Part shown: in pieces, positions 18,089-27,784 of the stretch
Numbering within the stretch: position 1 is the first letter of the stretch
Layout of the letters: each line of letters opens with the position of its first letter
From: Myxococcota bacterium
GTDB taxonomy: Bacteria; Myxococcota_A; UBA9042; PHBI01; JACKFB01
DNA length: 64,000 nt
Assembly (NCBI GenBank): GCA_041389525.1
Contig: JAWKRR010000013.1
Coordinates: 68,976 to 132,975 of the forward strand
Direction: 5' to 3'
Position numbers and translations under genes: made by a program
The notes under the pieces: generated by a model
What the model was told of the DNA's origin: nothing
Databases searched by the model: none
What the model saw: the letters and a program-made list of their open reading frames with translations, nothing else

Positions 18089-19369
18089 TTGCAGTTACCA
18101 CGCGCCGCGGGCCAGCGCGATTGGCGAACTCGTGCTATAGGCACCGGTCGAGATCTCGCCGTTGCCCCGCGGCGATTGACCCGGAGACTCGCGCTGGCCT
18201 CGCCGACCACCCGCCGCTCTATCCGTCCCTCTGAAGTCCTGCACGAGGGACAGGGGTGGGCGATTCGCCGCTCGCGCCCCACCGACGCCCTGGCCGTGTC
18301 GGAGCTGCTGCGTGAGGTGCCCTTCGGCGGCGAGTTTCCCGTCGTCGAGGAGCGCCAGGAAGACGCGTTCGCCCTGCGCAACATCCGCACGATGGACGCC
18401 GGCTCCGCGCCCGACATCTACATCGTCGAGTCCCAGGGATTCGTTGCAGGTTCGGCCTGCGTCGTGGTTCGACCCGGCGCCGCCACCGGCGGGATCGTCC
18501 CCCTGGCGCACCTCACCGACGTCCGCCTGCGTCCCGAGCTGCGCGCGGGGAAGGTGCTGCCCACGCTGCTCCGCATCGCGCTGGAGGACGTGCGCGTCCG
18601 CCTCGGCGCTGAGCTGGCGGTCATGCACCTCCTGGACCGCGACCACGTGGCCCTGGCGCCCTTCATCCGCCGCAGCCGCGAGCGCTACGAGCAGCCGATG
18701 GCCCAGGTCGCGGGGTTGACCGACCTGCTGCTCATCCCCCTCGGCCGCCACACGGACATCCCGCGCCACTTCAGCGCCGCCGCCCACCACGACCTGCCCG
18801 AGCTGGGCACCTTCATCTCCGCGAGGCAGGCCAGCCGCCGCTTCGCCGAGCCGGTGAGCATCGAGACCCTCGCCCACGAGCTCACCCGGCTGCCCGACCA
18901 GCGGGTCGATCACACGTTCATGATGCGCGACGCCACCGGCGCGCTCTCGGCCTGCCTCACCGTCGTCGATACGGGGCGCTTTCGTCGCTTCGTGCCGCTG
19001 CAGCCGACCGGCTGGGCCCGCGCCGAGTCGCTCGTCCAGCGATCCGCCAGCGCGCTGGGCCTGGCGCCGGCAGCCCCGGGCGAGGGCGAGACCGCCGAGG
19101 TCCTGTGGGTCTCGACCATCGAGGCGCGCGGCGACGAGCCGGCGCGCCTGCAGGCCCTCCTCGAGGGCGTGTTGGCCGCCCACGCCGAGTCGTCGTGGGA
19201 TTGGCTGGGCGTCGCGCTGCCCCGCGGCCCTCAAACCACCGCGCTGGCCCAAGCGCTGCGCGCGACGACCTTCCCGATCTCGGTGCTGGTCCTGTCCCTG
19301 GCCGGCACGCGCTGGAACAACGTCGATCTGCGCGCCCCCCGGGTTCGCGTCAACGCCGCGTTCCTCTGA
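18089..19369 (+). CDS. Hypothetical protein with a GNAT-like acetyltransferase N-terminal fold. The start is uncertain, with TTG candidates at 18089 and 18174.
   Basis: Segments AIRRSRPTDALAVSELL and VRLRPELRAGKVLPTLLRIALEDVRVRLGAELAVMHLL resemble GNAT motif A. No ATG is present in the first 60 codons. Confidence 0.35.
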   Translation: MQLPRAAGQRDWRTRAIGTGRDLAVAPRRLTRRLALASPTTRRSIRPSEVLHEGQGWAIRRSRPTDALAVSELLREVPFGGEFPVVEERQEDAFALRNIRTMDAGSAPDIYIVESQGFVAGSACVVVRPGAATGGIVPLAHLTDVRLRPELRAGKVLPTLLRIALEDVRVRLGAELAVMHLLDRDHVALAPFIRRSRERYEQPMAQVAGLTDLLLIPLGRHTDIPRHFSAAAHHDLPELGTFISARQASRRFAEPVSIETLAHELTRLPDQRVDHTFMMRDATGALSACLTVVDTGRFRRFVPLQPTGWARAESLVQRSASALGLAPAAPGEGETAEVLWVSTIEARGDEPARLQALLEGVLAAHAESSWDWLGVALPRGPQTTALAQALRATTFPISVLVLSLAGTRWNNVDLRAPRVRVNAAFL

Positions 19370-19384
19370 TTCGGTAGATCTTCT

Positions 19385-20973
19385 CTAGCTAATCGCGGCC
19401 ACGGACCCCGCCGGCACCGTCAGGGTGAAGACCGTCCGCCCCGGCTCGCTGACGAAGGTGACGTCGCCGCCGTGGCGACGGGCCACCGCGCGGACGATGG
19501 GCAGGCCGAGGCCCGTGCCGCCTACATCGCGCCGCGTCGTGAAGAAGCGGTCGAAGACGCGCTCGCGGTTGGCCGGCGCGATCCCCGGGCCGCTGTCGAT
19601 CACGTCGACGCGGACCAGCGAATCCTCGCGCCGCACCTGCACGATCACCGGGCTCCCGCCGCCGTGGTGAGCCGCGTTGTCCAGCAGGTTTCGCAGCGCG
19701 GCCTCCAGGTGGTCGCCGCCCACAGCCACCCGCAGCTCCGATGAGCTGCTCGCCTCCGCGCCCTCATCCACGGTGACCAGCCCGTCGTAGTCGGCCGCCA
19801 GCGAGCGCAAGAGCGGCTGCAGCGCCGTGGCAGCCCCCGGCTCGCCCGTGCTCTCGATGCGCGCCAAGGACAAGAGCCCGGAGACCAGCCGCTGCATGCG
19901 CTCGGCGTCCGTGTCGATGTGCGACAGAAACCGCGCCCGCTGCTCCTCGTCCATCGCGTCCCAGTCGTCGCGCAGCAGCTCGGTGGCTCCGCGGATGGCC
20001 GCGATGGGTGTCTTGAGCTCGTGGCTGACGTTGGAGGCGAACTCCGAGATGTACGCGGCGCGCTCGGTGAGCTGCGCGGTCATGCGGTCCAGGCTCTCGC
20101 TGAGGCTGGCCACCTCGTCGGGCACGGTGCCCAGGGCCGAGAATGGCGTGCGTGGCCGGCCCGCTGCGACCGCCTCCGCCGCCGCGGCCATCTGCTCGAT
20201 AGGCTTGGCGATTCGGCGCGAGAGATAGAGGGTCACCGCCGCCGTCAGCACCAAGCAGCTCGCCAGCGCCAGCAGGAAGATCCCTCGATGCCGCCACAGG
20301 GATTCCACCGGGTCCACGCTGGTTCGGGTCATCCTGACGACGCCGAAGACACGCCCCGCTGAGAAGAGCGGCAACGCCACCGACACGCGAACGCGGCCCC
20401 GGCGGCTGATGCTGCCGAGCGGCGGCGGCGGCGAGTCCGTCTCGCGATCGCGCACCACCGAGCGGTAATGCCCGGCCAGCGCGTCGCGGATCTCCGGCAG
20501 CGTGTCCAGGCAGGTCCCGACGTCGCCGCCCGTGCTCGCTACGACGCAGCCGCGGGCGTCGAGCACGCGCGCGCCGGAGAGGTTGAAGCGCCGCGCCCGG
20601 TCCAGCGCGGGCGCGATGGCCTGCCCGGCGGCCCAGGCCGGCCCAGCCGCCTCCCCGCGCCGCGCAGACTCGGGCAGCTGCGCGGGCAGACGCCCCACCG
20701 GGTCCACCAGCAGCGGCTCGATGGGGTAGAGCTCGGCGTCGCTGTGGCCCGGCGGCGCGGGCGACGGCGCGTCCCCGGGCGACACGTCCGACGCCAGCAG
20801 CCACGCGTCGCGAAACGCCTCGCCGATGAGCACCGCCTCGCCGATCAGCCGGCTCTCGGTCTGCTCAACCAGGTGCGTCTCGTAGATCCGCAGCATCACC
20901 ACCGCCAAGACCGGCACCAGCAGCACGAAGGCGCCCACGCCCAGCAGCAGCCTGCGAATGGAGGGGCCGCGCT

Positions 20974-20976
<3 letters not shown>
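19385..20976 (-). CDS. Sensor histidine kinase (two TM segments plus HAMP/HisKA/HATPase_c).
   Basis: H-box SHELKTPIAAIRG, N-box LLDNAAHHG, G-boxes DSGPGI and GGTGLGL. The real start is MKRGPSIRRLL at 20976. Confidence 0.8.
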
Positions 20977-21656
<680 letters not shown>

Positions 21657-21833
21657 TCGGGCCCCTCGCATTCTCGGACAGCCAGCAAATACCACGCGAA
21701 TCGGGGCCGCGATCGATTTGCACAAGTTCGTCACAAGCTCGCCTCCACCCTGCCTCAGCGCCTCCAAAGCCCCGCAAGATCGCTCTGCCATCCTGGTTCT
21801 CGTCAAGCAGAACCACCCGCCCTGGAGGCCACC

Positions 21834-22364
21834 ATGTCCGCTCGCGCGCTCCCCATCCCGCCCCAACCGCTGCGCCTCGCAGCCATCGCCGCCGCCGGGC
21901 CCGCCCTCGCCGGCGCGACCCTCGCCATGCACGACGGGCTCGCCGTCGCCGCCGAGATCGGCCTCGGCCTCCCCCTCCTCATCGCCAGCGTCGCCATCCT
22001 CATGCTCCCCGCCCTCTACATCGGCACCGCCTTCGTCGGCGTCGCCCCCCCGCTCCGCGACGTCGTCTCCGCCGCCGGCCACGCGCTGGCCGACGTCGGC
22101 CGCCTCATGCTCGCCTTCACCCCGGCCCTCGCCTTCCTCGTCGCCACCTCAACCCACCGCATCGCCTCCGGCCTCTACGGCCACCTCGCCCTCCTCGGCG
22201 CCGCGTTCTTCGCCCTGCGCGCCATGTACAGCCGCCTCTCGGCCCGCGAGTCCGCCGCCTTCGGCCCCCGCGAGCTCGCCGGCTTCCTGCTCTTCTCAGG
22301 CTGGTCCTGCATCGCGCTCGCCATCGGCTGGCGCTTCTTCATCCCCCTCCTCTTCGGCCGCTAA
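21834..22364 (+). CDS. Hypothetical polytopic membrane protein.
   Basis: ORF with four or more hydrophobic helices. No recognisable family. Confidence 0.4.
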   Translation: MSARALPIPPQPLRLAAIAAAGPALAGATLAMHDGLAVAAEIGLGLPLLIASVAILMLPALYIGTAFVGVAPPLRDVVSAAGHALADVGRLMLAFTPALAFLVATSTHRIASGLYGHLALLGAAFFALRAMYSRLSARESAAFGPRELAGFLLFSGWSCIALAIGWRFFIPLLFGR

Positions 22365-22376
22365 GGAGACCCCCAC

Positions 22377-23207
22377 ATGACCGCCATACCCCACACCGAG
22401 ATCCAGACCGCCGTAGCCAGCACACCCGCCGCGGCCCGCCCCTCCTCGCCCCCCGGCTCCATGCCCGCGGTCGTCGACGCCATCCTCCGCGACCGCGCCG
22501 GCTTCCTCGAGGCCCTGCGCGACCGCGGCCGCCACGCCGACCTCGCCCGCGCCCTGACCATCACCGTGCTCATCTCCGGCGCTGTCCTGGGTGCGGTCCT
22601 CGGCCTCGTCCGCGGCGGCCTCCAGATCCCCTACGCCGCCATCAAGCTGCCCCTCGTCGTCCTCTTCACCACCGCGCTCTGCGCCCCGGCCCTCAGCGCG
22701 CTCCGCCAGGTCGTCCACGGCGACTCCGACCGCCGCGAAGACCTCCTGCTCGTCTTGGGCTCGCTGGCCCTCGGCACCCTGCTGGCCGCCGCGCTGTCAC
22801 CGCTGCTCCTGCTCGCGACGGTCTTCGACGTCGGCTACCACGACCTCATCCTCCTCACCGTCGCCATCTGCGCCGCCTCGGGCGCCGGCGGCCTGCTCTT
22901 GCTCCAGAGAGGCCTCCGCGCTGCCATGCCCCGCGGCCGCCGGCTCGTCGGCATCGCCTTCATCGGCCTCTTCTGCCTGGTGGGCGCCCAGATGAGCTGG
23001 ACGCTGCGCCCGTGGCTGCTGCGCCCCCGCTCGCCCGACGTGGTCTTCGTCCGCGGCATCGAGGGCAACTTCTTCGGCGCTGTCCTCGGCACCCAAGCGA
23101 CCGCCATGGGCGTGCTCTCCCGCGAGGAGGCCCCCACCGAGCGCGTGACCCCGACCCCCGCCCTGCGCGGCCACGTCCGCGACTCGACCACGGAGGTGGA
23201 CTGGTGA
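22377..23207 (+). CDS. Hypothetical polytopic membrane protein.
   Basis: ORF with multiple hydrophobic helices. It lies 12 nt after the previous gene. Confidence 0.4.
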   Translation: MTAIPHTEIQTAVASTPAAARPSSPPGSMPAVVDAILRDRAGFLEALRDRGRHADLARALTITVLISGAVLGAVLGLVRGGLQIPYAAIKLPLVVLFTTALCAPALSALRQVVHGDSDRREDLLLVLGSLALGTLLAAALSPLLLLATVFDVGYHDLILLTVAICAASGAGGLLLLQRGLRAAMPRGRRLVGIAFIGLFCLVGAQMSWTLRPWLLRPRSPDVVFVRGIEGNFFGAVLGTQATAMGVLSREEAPTERVTPTPALRGHVRDSTTEVDW

Positions 23208-23854
23208 AGCTCTTCGAACTCTCACTCATCTACTTCCTGATCGGCCTCGGCTGCGCCCTCGCCCTCGCCGCTCGCGGTGGGGCCTGGGGCCCGCGGGCGC
23301 TCGACGCGGGGCTGGCCCTGGTGCTCTGGCCGCTGATCATGCCGTTCGCCCTGATGCGGACGAGCGATTCGCAGCCAAACACCCCGGTCTCCGCGGTCGA
23401 GTCCGCCTTCCTCGACGCCATCCGGCGCGCCTCCTCCACGCCGCTGGGCAAGCTGCTCCCCGACGCCGAGACCGCCCGGGCCCTCGGCGCGCGCCTTCGG
23501 GGAGCCGCGGCCCGGGTCGCCGACATCGACGCCCTCCTGGCCCAGCCCGACTTCAGCCTCGAGCTGGCCCAGCGACGTCGGGACGAGCTGGCCGAGCGCG
23601 GCGACCGCCAGGCCCTGGACGCGGTCGACAGCCGCATCCAGAACCTCAACCGCCTCCGCGCTCTCCGCGACCGCTTCGCCCGCGAGCTGGACGCCGTCGC
23701 CGAGCTGCTCGCTCAGTTGCGCATTCAGGCCGAGGTGGTGCGGCTGGCGGGCGGCCTCGACGACGACACCCGCGAGCGCGTCGCCGATCTGCTCGCCCGC
23801 GTCGAGGGCCTGGACGCGGCGCTGGCCGACGACAGCGTGCTGCCGGCTGCATAG
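23204..23854 (+). CDS. Hypothetical protein with an N-terminal TM region and a C-terminal charged/coiled-coil region.
   Basis: GTG start overlapping the previous stop (GTGA). The LDAVDSRIQNLNRLRALRDRFARELDAVAELLAQL region is helical and charged. Confidence 0.35.
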   Translation: MKLFELSLIYFLIGLGCALALAARGGAWGPRALDAGLALVLWPLIMPFALMRTSDSQPNTPVSAVESAFLDAIRRASSTPLGKLLPDAETARALGARLRGAAARVADIDALLAQPDFSLELAQRRRDELAERGDRQALDAVDSRIQNLNRLRALRDRFARELDAVAELLAQLRIQAEVVRLAGGLDDDTRERVADLLARVEGLDAALADDSVLPAA

Positions 23855-23917
23855 AGAGCCGACCCACAGACCTCCGCGCGCCTTGTCCCGGCAAGGCGCG
23901 CGTGCTCTGCTCGCCCC

Positions 23918-24673
23918 ATGAAGCGCGAGTGGCACGAGGTCAAGGTGGTGCGGCGGGTCCAGTGGGCCCCCGGGCTGGTCTCCCTCGTCTTCGACGCGGA
24001 CCTCGGCGAGTTCCGCTCGGGCCAGTTCCTCGACGTCGCGGTCCAAGACGCCGACGCCGAGGGGGCGAGGCCCAGCCGCTCCTACTCGCTCGCGTCGGCC
24101 CCCGGAGAACCGCCCGAGATCTTCGTCTCCCTCGTGCTGAACGGAGAGATCACGCCGACCTTGTGCGCCGCGGTCCCCGGCGACAGCGTCTGGCTGCGCT
24201 GGCCGCCCGCGGGGGTCTTCACCCTCGATCGGCTGCCGGACGCCCGCCACCTCTGGCTCATCGGGACGGGCACGGGCCTGTCGCCCTACATCTCCATGCT
24301 GCGCGACGAGGCGGGCTGGCAGCGCTTCGAGCGGGTCATCGTCGTCCACGGCGTGCGCGCGGCCCAAGACCTCGCCTACCGGGCCGAGCTGGCCGAGCGC
24401 GCCGCCAAACACCCAGGCCGCATCACGGTGATCGGCGTGGTGAGCCGCGAGCCGGACGCGCCCGAAGTGCTTCACGGCCGCATCACGACGCTCTATGCCT
24501 CGGGAGCGCTCGAATCTCGGGCTGGCGCTTCTCTGACCGCCGCGGACTCGCAGATCATGCTCTGCGGCAACCCCGCCATGGTCGAGGAGATGCGCGCCCG
24601 GCTCGAGGAGCAGGGCCTGACGCGCAACTCGCCAAAGCGGCCGGGCCAGTTCACGGTCGAGGCGTACTGGTAG
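23918..24673 (+). CDS. fpr: Ferredoxin--NADP(+) reductase (Fpr-type flavodoxin/ferredoxin reductase).
   Basis: RSYSLAS flavin motif, GTGLSPYISM NADP-binding motif, and a C-terminal aromatic residue (Y-W end). Confidence 0.8.
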   Translation: MKREWHEVKVVRRVQWAPGLVSLVFDADLGEFRSGQFLDVAVQDADAEGARPSRSYSLASAPGEPPEIFVSLVLNGEITPTLCAAVPGDSVWLRWPPAGVFTLDRLPDARHLWLIGTGTGLSPYISMLRDEAGWQRFERVIVVHGVRAAQDLAYRAELAERAAKHPGRITVIGVVSREPDAPEVLHGRITTLYASGALESRAGASLTAADSQIMLCGNPAMVEEMRARLEEQGLTRNSPKRPGQFTVEAYW

Positions 24674-24697
24674 CCGGCCGGCGCGCCCTCGCCCTGG

Positions 24698-25933
24698 TTA
24701 GACGGTGAGGATGAGCGACGCGATCTCGGGCGGCGCGCCGACGCGCATCGGCGGGCCCCAGTAGCCGGTGCCTTGGCTGACGTAGATCTGGGTGTCGCCG
24801 TGGCGGTGCAGGCCGCGAATCCACGGCTGGACCATGGCCGCCGCCGCGCCGAAGGGCCAGAGCTGGCCGCCGTGGGTGTGGCCGGAGAGCTGCAGATCGA
24901 CGCCGAACCCCTCGGTGTCGGCGATCTGTTTTGGCTGGTGCGCCAAGAGGACCAGGCCGCGCTCGGGGTCGCGGCCGGCGAGCGCGCGGCCGAGATCCGG
25001 CGCATAGGCGGCCCCGCGGCGCCCGCCCCAGGCGTCGTGGATGCCGGCGAGGTCGAAGGACGCGCCGCCTGGGCCGGCGTCGCCGATGCGCACGCGCTCG
25101 TTGGCCAGCACGCGGATGCCCAGCCCGCGCAGGTACTCCACCCACGGGTCCACGCCGGAGAAGAACTCGTGGTTTCCGGTCACGAACGCCGTGCCGAAGC
25201 GCCCGCGTAGCTTCGCGAGCTCGGCGACGTCGCCGCCCAGGGACTCGACCGATCCGTCGACCAGGTCCCCGGTGATCACGACCAGATCGGGCTTGAGCGC
25301 GTTGGTCTTGTCGACCACGTCGGTCAGAAAGCGCCGGTCGATGGTGGGGCCGACGTGGATGTCGGTGAGGTGGACGATGCGGAAGCCGTCGAGGGCGGGC
25401 GGCAGCCGCGGGATGCGAACGGCGTGCTCGGGCAGCTCGAAGTCGCCGCCGCGGGCGCTGCGGAAACCGTAGAGGCCCATGCCCGTCGCGCCGAGGGCGG
25501 CCGTGCTGGCGGCGATGCGCGCGAGGACCTGTCGGCGGGCGGGGTCCGGCGGGGCGGGGGCGGTCTGCTCGGCTTCGGGGGCGCTGGCCTGCTTGCGTCG
25601 ATTCGACCGGAGCGCCAGCGCGCGCCTGATCTTTCCGGGTAGCCGCGCCAGATCGGCGGCGCCCATGAAGAGCAGCAGGTAGAACATCACGCCGGCCCAC
25701 GCCCACGCGATCATCGGCAGCGGCGAGAGCACGTCGCGATCGATGGAGCGGCGCAGGAAGAGGCTGGCGAGCAGCGCCGTAGCCAGCACCACCAAGCCCA
25801 GCGTGACGGCGAAGCGCGCGCCGCCGCGCAGGCCCGTGTCGCGCGCCAAGCGCTTCCACAGGTAGCGGTGGATCAGCAGGACGAGCACCGTCGCGACGGT
25901 GCCGAAGACGCTCATCGTCGCGGTGACACCCAC
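24698..25933 (-). CDS. Membrane-anchored metallophosphoesterase (calcineurin-like phosphoesterase).
   Basis: Three N-terminal TM helices, then DIHVG...GDLVD...GNHE...GHTHGG metallophosphatase motifs. Confidence 0.75.
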   Translation of the reverse strand: MGVTATMSVFGTVATVLVLLIHRYLWKRLARDTGLRGGARFAVTLGLVVLATALLASLFLRRSIDRDVLSPLPMIAWAWAGVMFYLLLFMGAADLARLPGKIRRALALRSNRRKQASAPEAEQTAPAPPDPARRQVLARIAASTAALGATGMGLYGFRSARGGDFELPEHAVRIPRLPPALDGFRIVHLTDIHVGPTIDRRFLTDVVDKTNALKPDLVVITGDLVDGSVESLGGDVAELAKLRGRFGTAFVTGNHEFFSGVDPWVEYLRGLGIRVLANERVRIGDAGPGGASFDLAGIHDAWGGRRGAAYAPDLGRALAGRDPERGLVLLAHQPKQIADTEGFGVDLQLSGHTHGGQLWPFGAAAAMVQPWIRGLHRHGDTQIYVSQGTGYWGPPMRVGAPPEIASLILTV

Positions 25934-25942
25934 GGACGCGCG

Positions 25943-26785
25943 CTACTCTTTGGGCTGCTTCGGCTGAAGCATGCCCCGGAAGAGGCCGGCCAGGTCGACG
26001 TTCAGCTTCACCTGAACCGGCGCCGGCTCGGTCTGCTTGGACTCATCGCGGGTGTCGTCGGTGGGCTTCGACCCGCTGCCGTCGGCCGAGGTCGCGCCGG
26101 CGGCCGGCTGGGCCTTGGTCGGCACGTTGACCGAGACGGACTCGGGCACCAGGGCCTTCGCGAAGGCGCCAAAGAGCGCCAGGGCGAGCTGGGGCCCGTG
26201 CTCCTTGAGGGTCTCCGGGTCCACGTTCACGTTGACCTGCCCCGTCGCGCCGGGAGGGACGACGTGCTCGGCCATGTAGCCCTCGAAGGCCTTCTTCAGC
26301 GAGTCGCCGATGCGCTTCTCGAAATCGGAGGGCCCTGTGGGCTCGCGGCGGCGCCGCGCCTCGTCCAGATCGATGACGCTGGCCGGCTCGGCGTCGGGGT
26401 TCGCGGCGCGGCCCTCGTTGGGATGGGTCCCGATGGGCGTGACCCCGGCCGTCGCGCCGGGCTTCACCCCGGCCTGCAGGCTCTCGACCAGGTTCATCAG
26501 GAAGCTCTGGGCGGTCACCTTGAGCTTGTCGGACTGCTCGGTGCCCAAATCGAGGGTGCCGTCGGCCTTCTGCGACACGCCGAGCTTGTCGGCCATGAGC
26601 TTCTGAGCGGCTACGCGGAACTGCTCGGCGAAATCGACAGGATGTGCGCCTGTCGCCTCCGTTTGCGCAGCTTCCACCTCGGGCTTCGCCGAGTCCGTCG
26701 GCTTCGGGTCCGTCGGCTTCGAAGCGCCCTTGGGGGCCGGCTTCGACTTGGGGGTCGGCGCCTTCGTCTCGTCGTCATCGGCCAT
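25943..26785 (-). CDS. Hypothetical protein with Lys/Pro/Thr-rich termini and a central conserved region.
   Basis: ATG at 26785. Its stop lies 9 nt upstream of the phosphoesterase start. No recognisable family. Confidence 0.4.
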   Translation of the reverse strand: MADDDETKAPTPKSKPAPKGASKPTDPKPTDSAKPEVEAAQTEATGAHPVDFAEQFRVAAQKLMADKLGVSQKADGTLDLGTEQSDKLKVTAQSFLMNLVESLQAGVKPGATAGVTPIGTHPNEGRAANPDAEPASVIDLDEARRRREPTGPSDFEKRIGDSLKKAFEGYMAEHVVPPGATGQVNVNVDPETLKEHGPQLALALFGAFAKALVPESVSVNVPTKAQPAAGATSADGSGSKPTDDTRDESKQTEPAPVQVKLNVDLAGLFRGMLQPKQPKE

Positions 26786-27025
26786 GGTGCGCTCCTGTTG
26801 CAGCCGACGAAGAGATACCGCGTCCGGCCCTCGCTGTCATCGGACGGTCTCGCGCGGAGTGGTCGGCTAGCGTGTCGACCCACGGAACGGACCGGGCGGG
26901 TGCTTGGCCCCGTGGCGCACGGCGAGACGCGGCGAGGAGTCGCGCTGTAGCACGGCGACGAGGCGCAACGCCGCCATGCGCCGCGCGGCCAAGCAGACGC
27001 GACGAGAGGTGTGTGGCTGGGCCCT

Positions 27026-27784
27026 CTAGGCCTTGCCCAGGACCGTGTCCGCGCTGGGGGAGCCGCCCGAACCGACGACGCGCCCACGCCCGGCGACCAC
27101 CGCGCCCTCGAGCACCAGCCACAGCTCGCGCTCGTAGTCTTGGCCCGCGGGCGTGATCGCCAGACCGACCAGAGTGCGGTCCAGGGCTGCCACCTGGCCG
27201 GAGCCCGCGACCCGCACCGCCCCGACGCCTTCGCTGAGGATCTCCTTGATGGACTCAGCCGCCGCGGGGCCAGCGGGCGAGTCGGGCGCAAAGTGTCCGA
27301 GGATGGAGTCAGTGCCCTCGGTGAGCGCGCTGGCCAGGGACTCACCCCAGCGGAGCACGTCGGCGGGTGCGGCGGGGAGGGCGCGGCCATCGAAGATCGC
27401 GTCGAGCTGACCCTCCGAAAAGAGCGCTACCAGCACGCTATTTCGGGCGACCGCCTCGAGGCGGAACCGCTCGCCGTCGTCGTGGCCAAGCAGCCAGACC
27501 TGGCCCAGAGCCTTGGCCGGCTCGCGGAGGCCCATCAACGCGGTCACCGCCACGCGGCCAGCCTGACCGTCCACGGCGACCAGCGGCTCGAGGCGAAAGC
27601 CCTTCCGCGCGCCTTGGGCGTAGAAGCGGCCGATGCTGTCGCCGTCGGCGGCGAAGCCATGCTCGGTGCTGAGCGCCCGCGCCGCGGACTCGTCCCGCGC
27701 GGCCATGGCCTCGCTCAGCGCGGCCACGGCGTCGACCGCGCGCCGTCGCGCCGGCGAGAGGCCGCCGTCGCCGCCGGAGCTCAC
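27026..27784 (-). CDS. Hypothetical protein, translationally coupled to the giant DUF4157 gene (ATGA overlap).
   Basis: Clean 252-aa ORF. The start codon overlaps the stop codon of the upstream 1,750-aa ORF. No recognisable family. Confidence 0.4.
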   Translation of the reverse strand: MSSGGDGGLSPARRRAVDAVAALSEAMAARDESAARALSTEHGFAADGDSIGRFYAQGARKGFRLEPLVAVDGQAGRVAVTALMGLREPAKALGQVWLLGHDDGERFRLEAVARNSVLVALFSEGQLDAIFDGRALPAAPADVLRWGESLASALTEGTDSILGHFAPDSPAGPAAAESIKEILSEGVGAVRVAGSGQVAALDRTLVGLAITPAGQDYERELWLVLEGAVVAGRGRVVGSGGSPSADTVLGKA

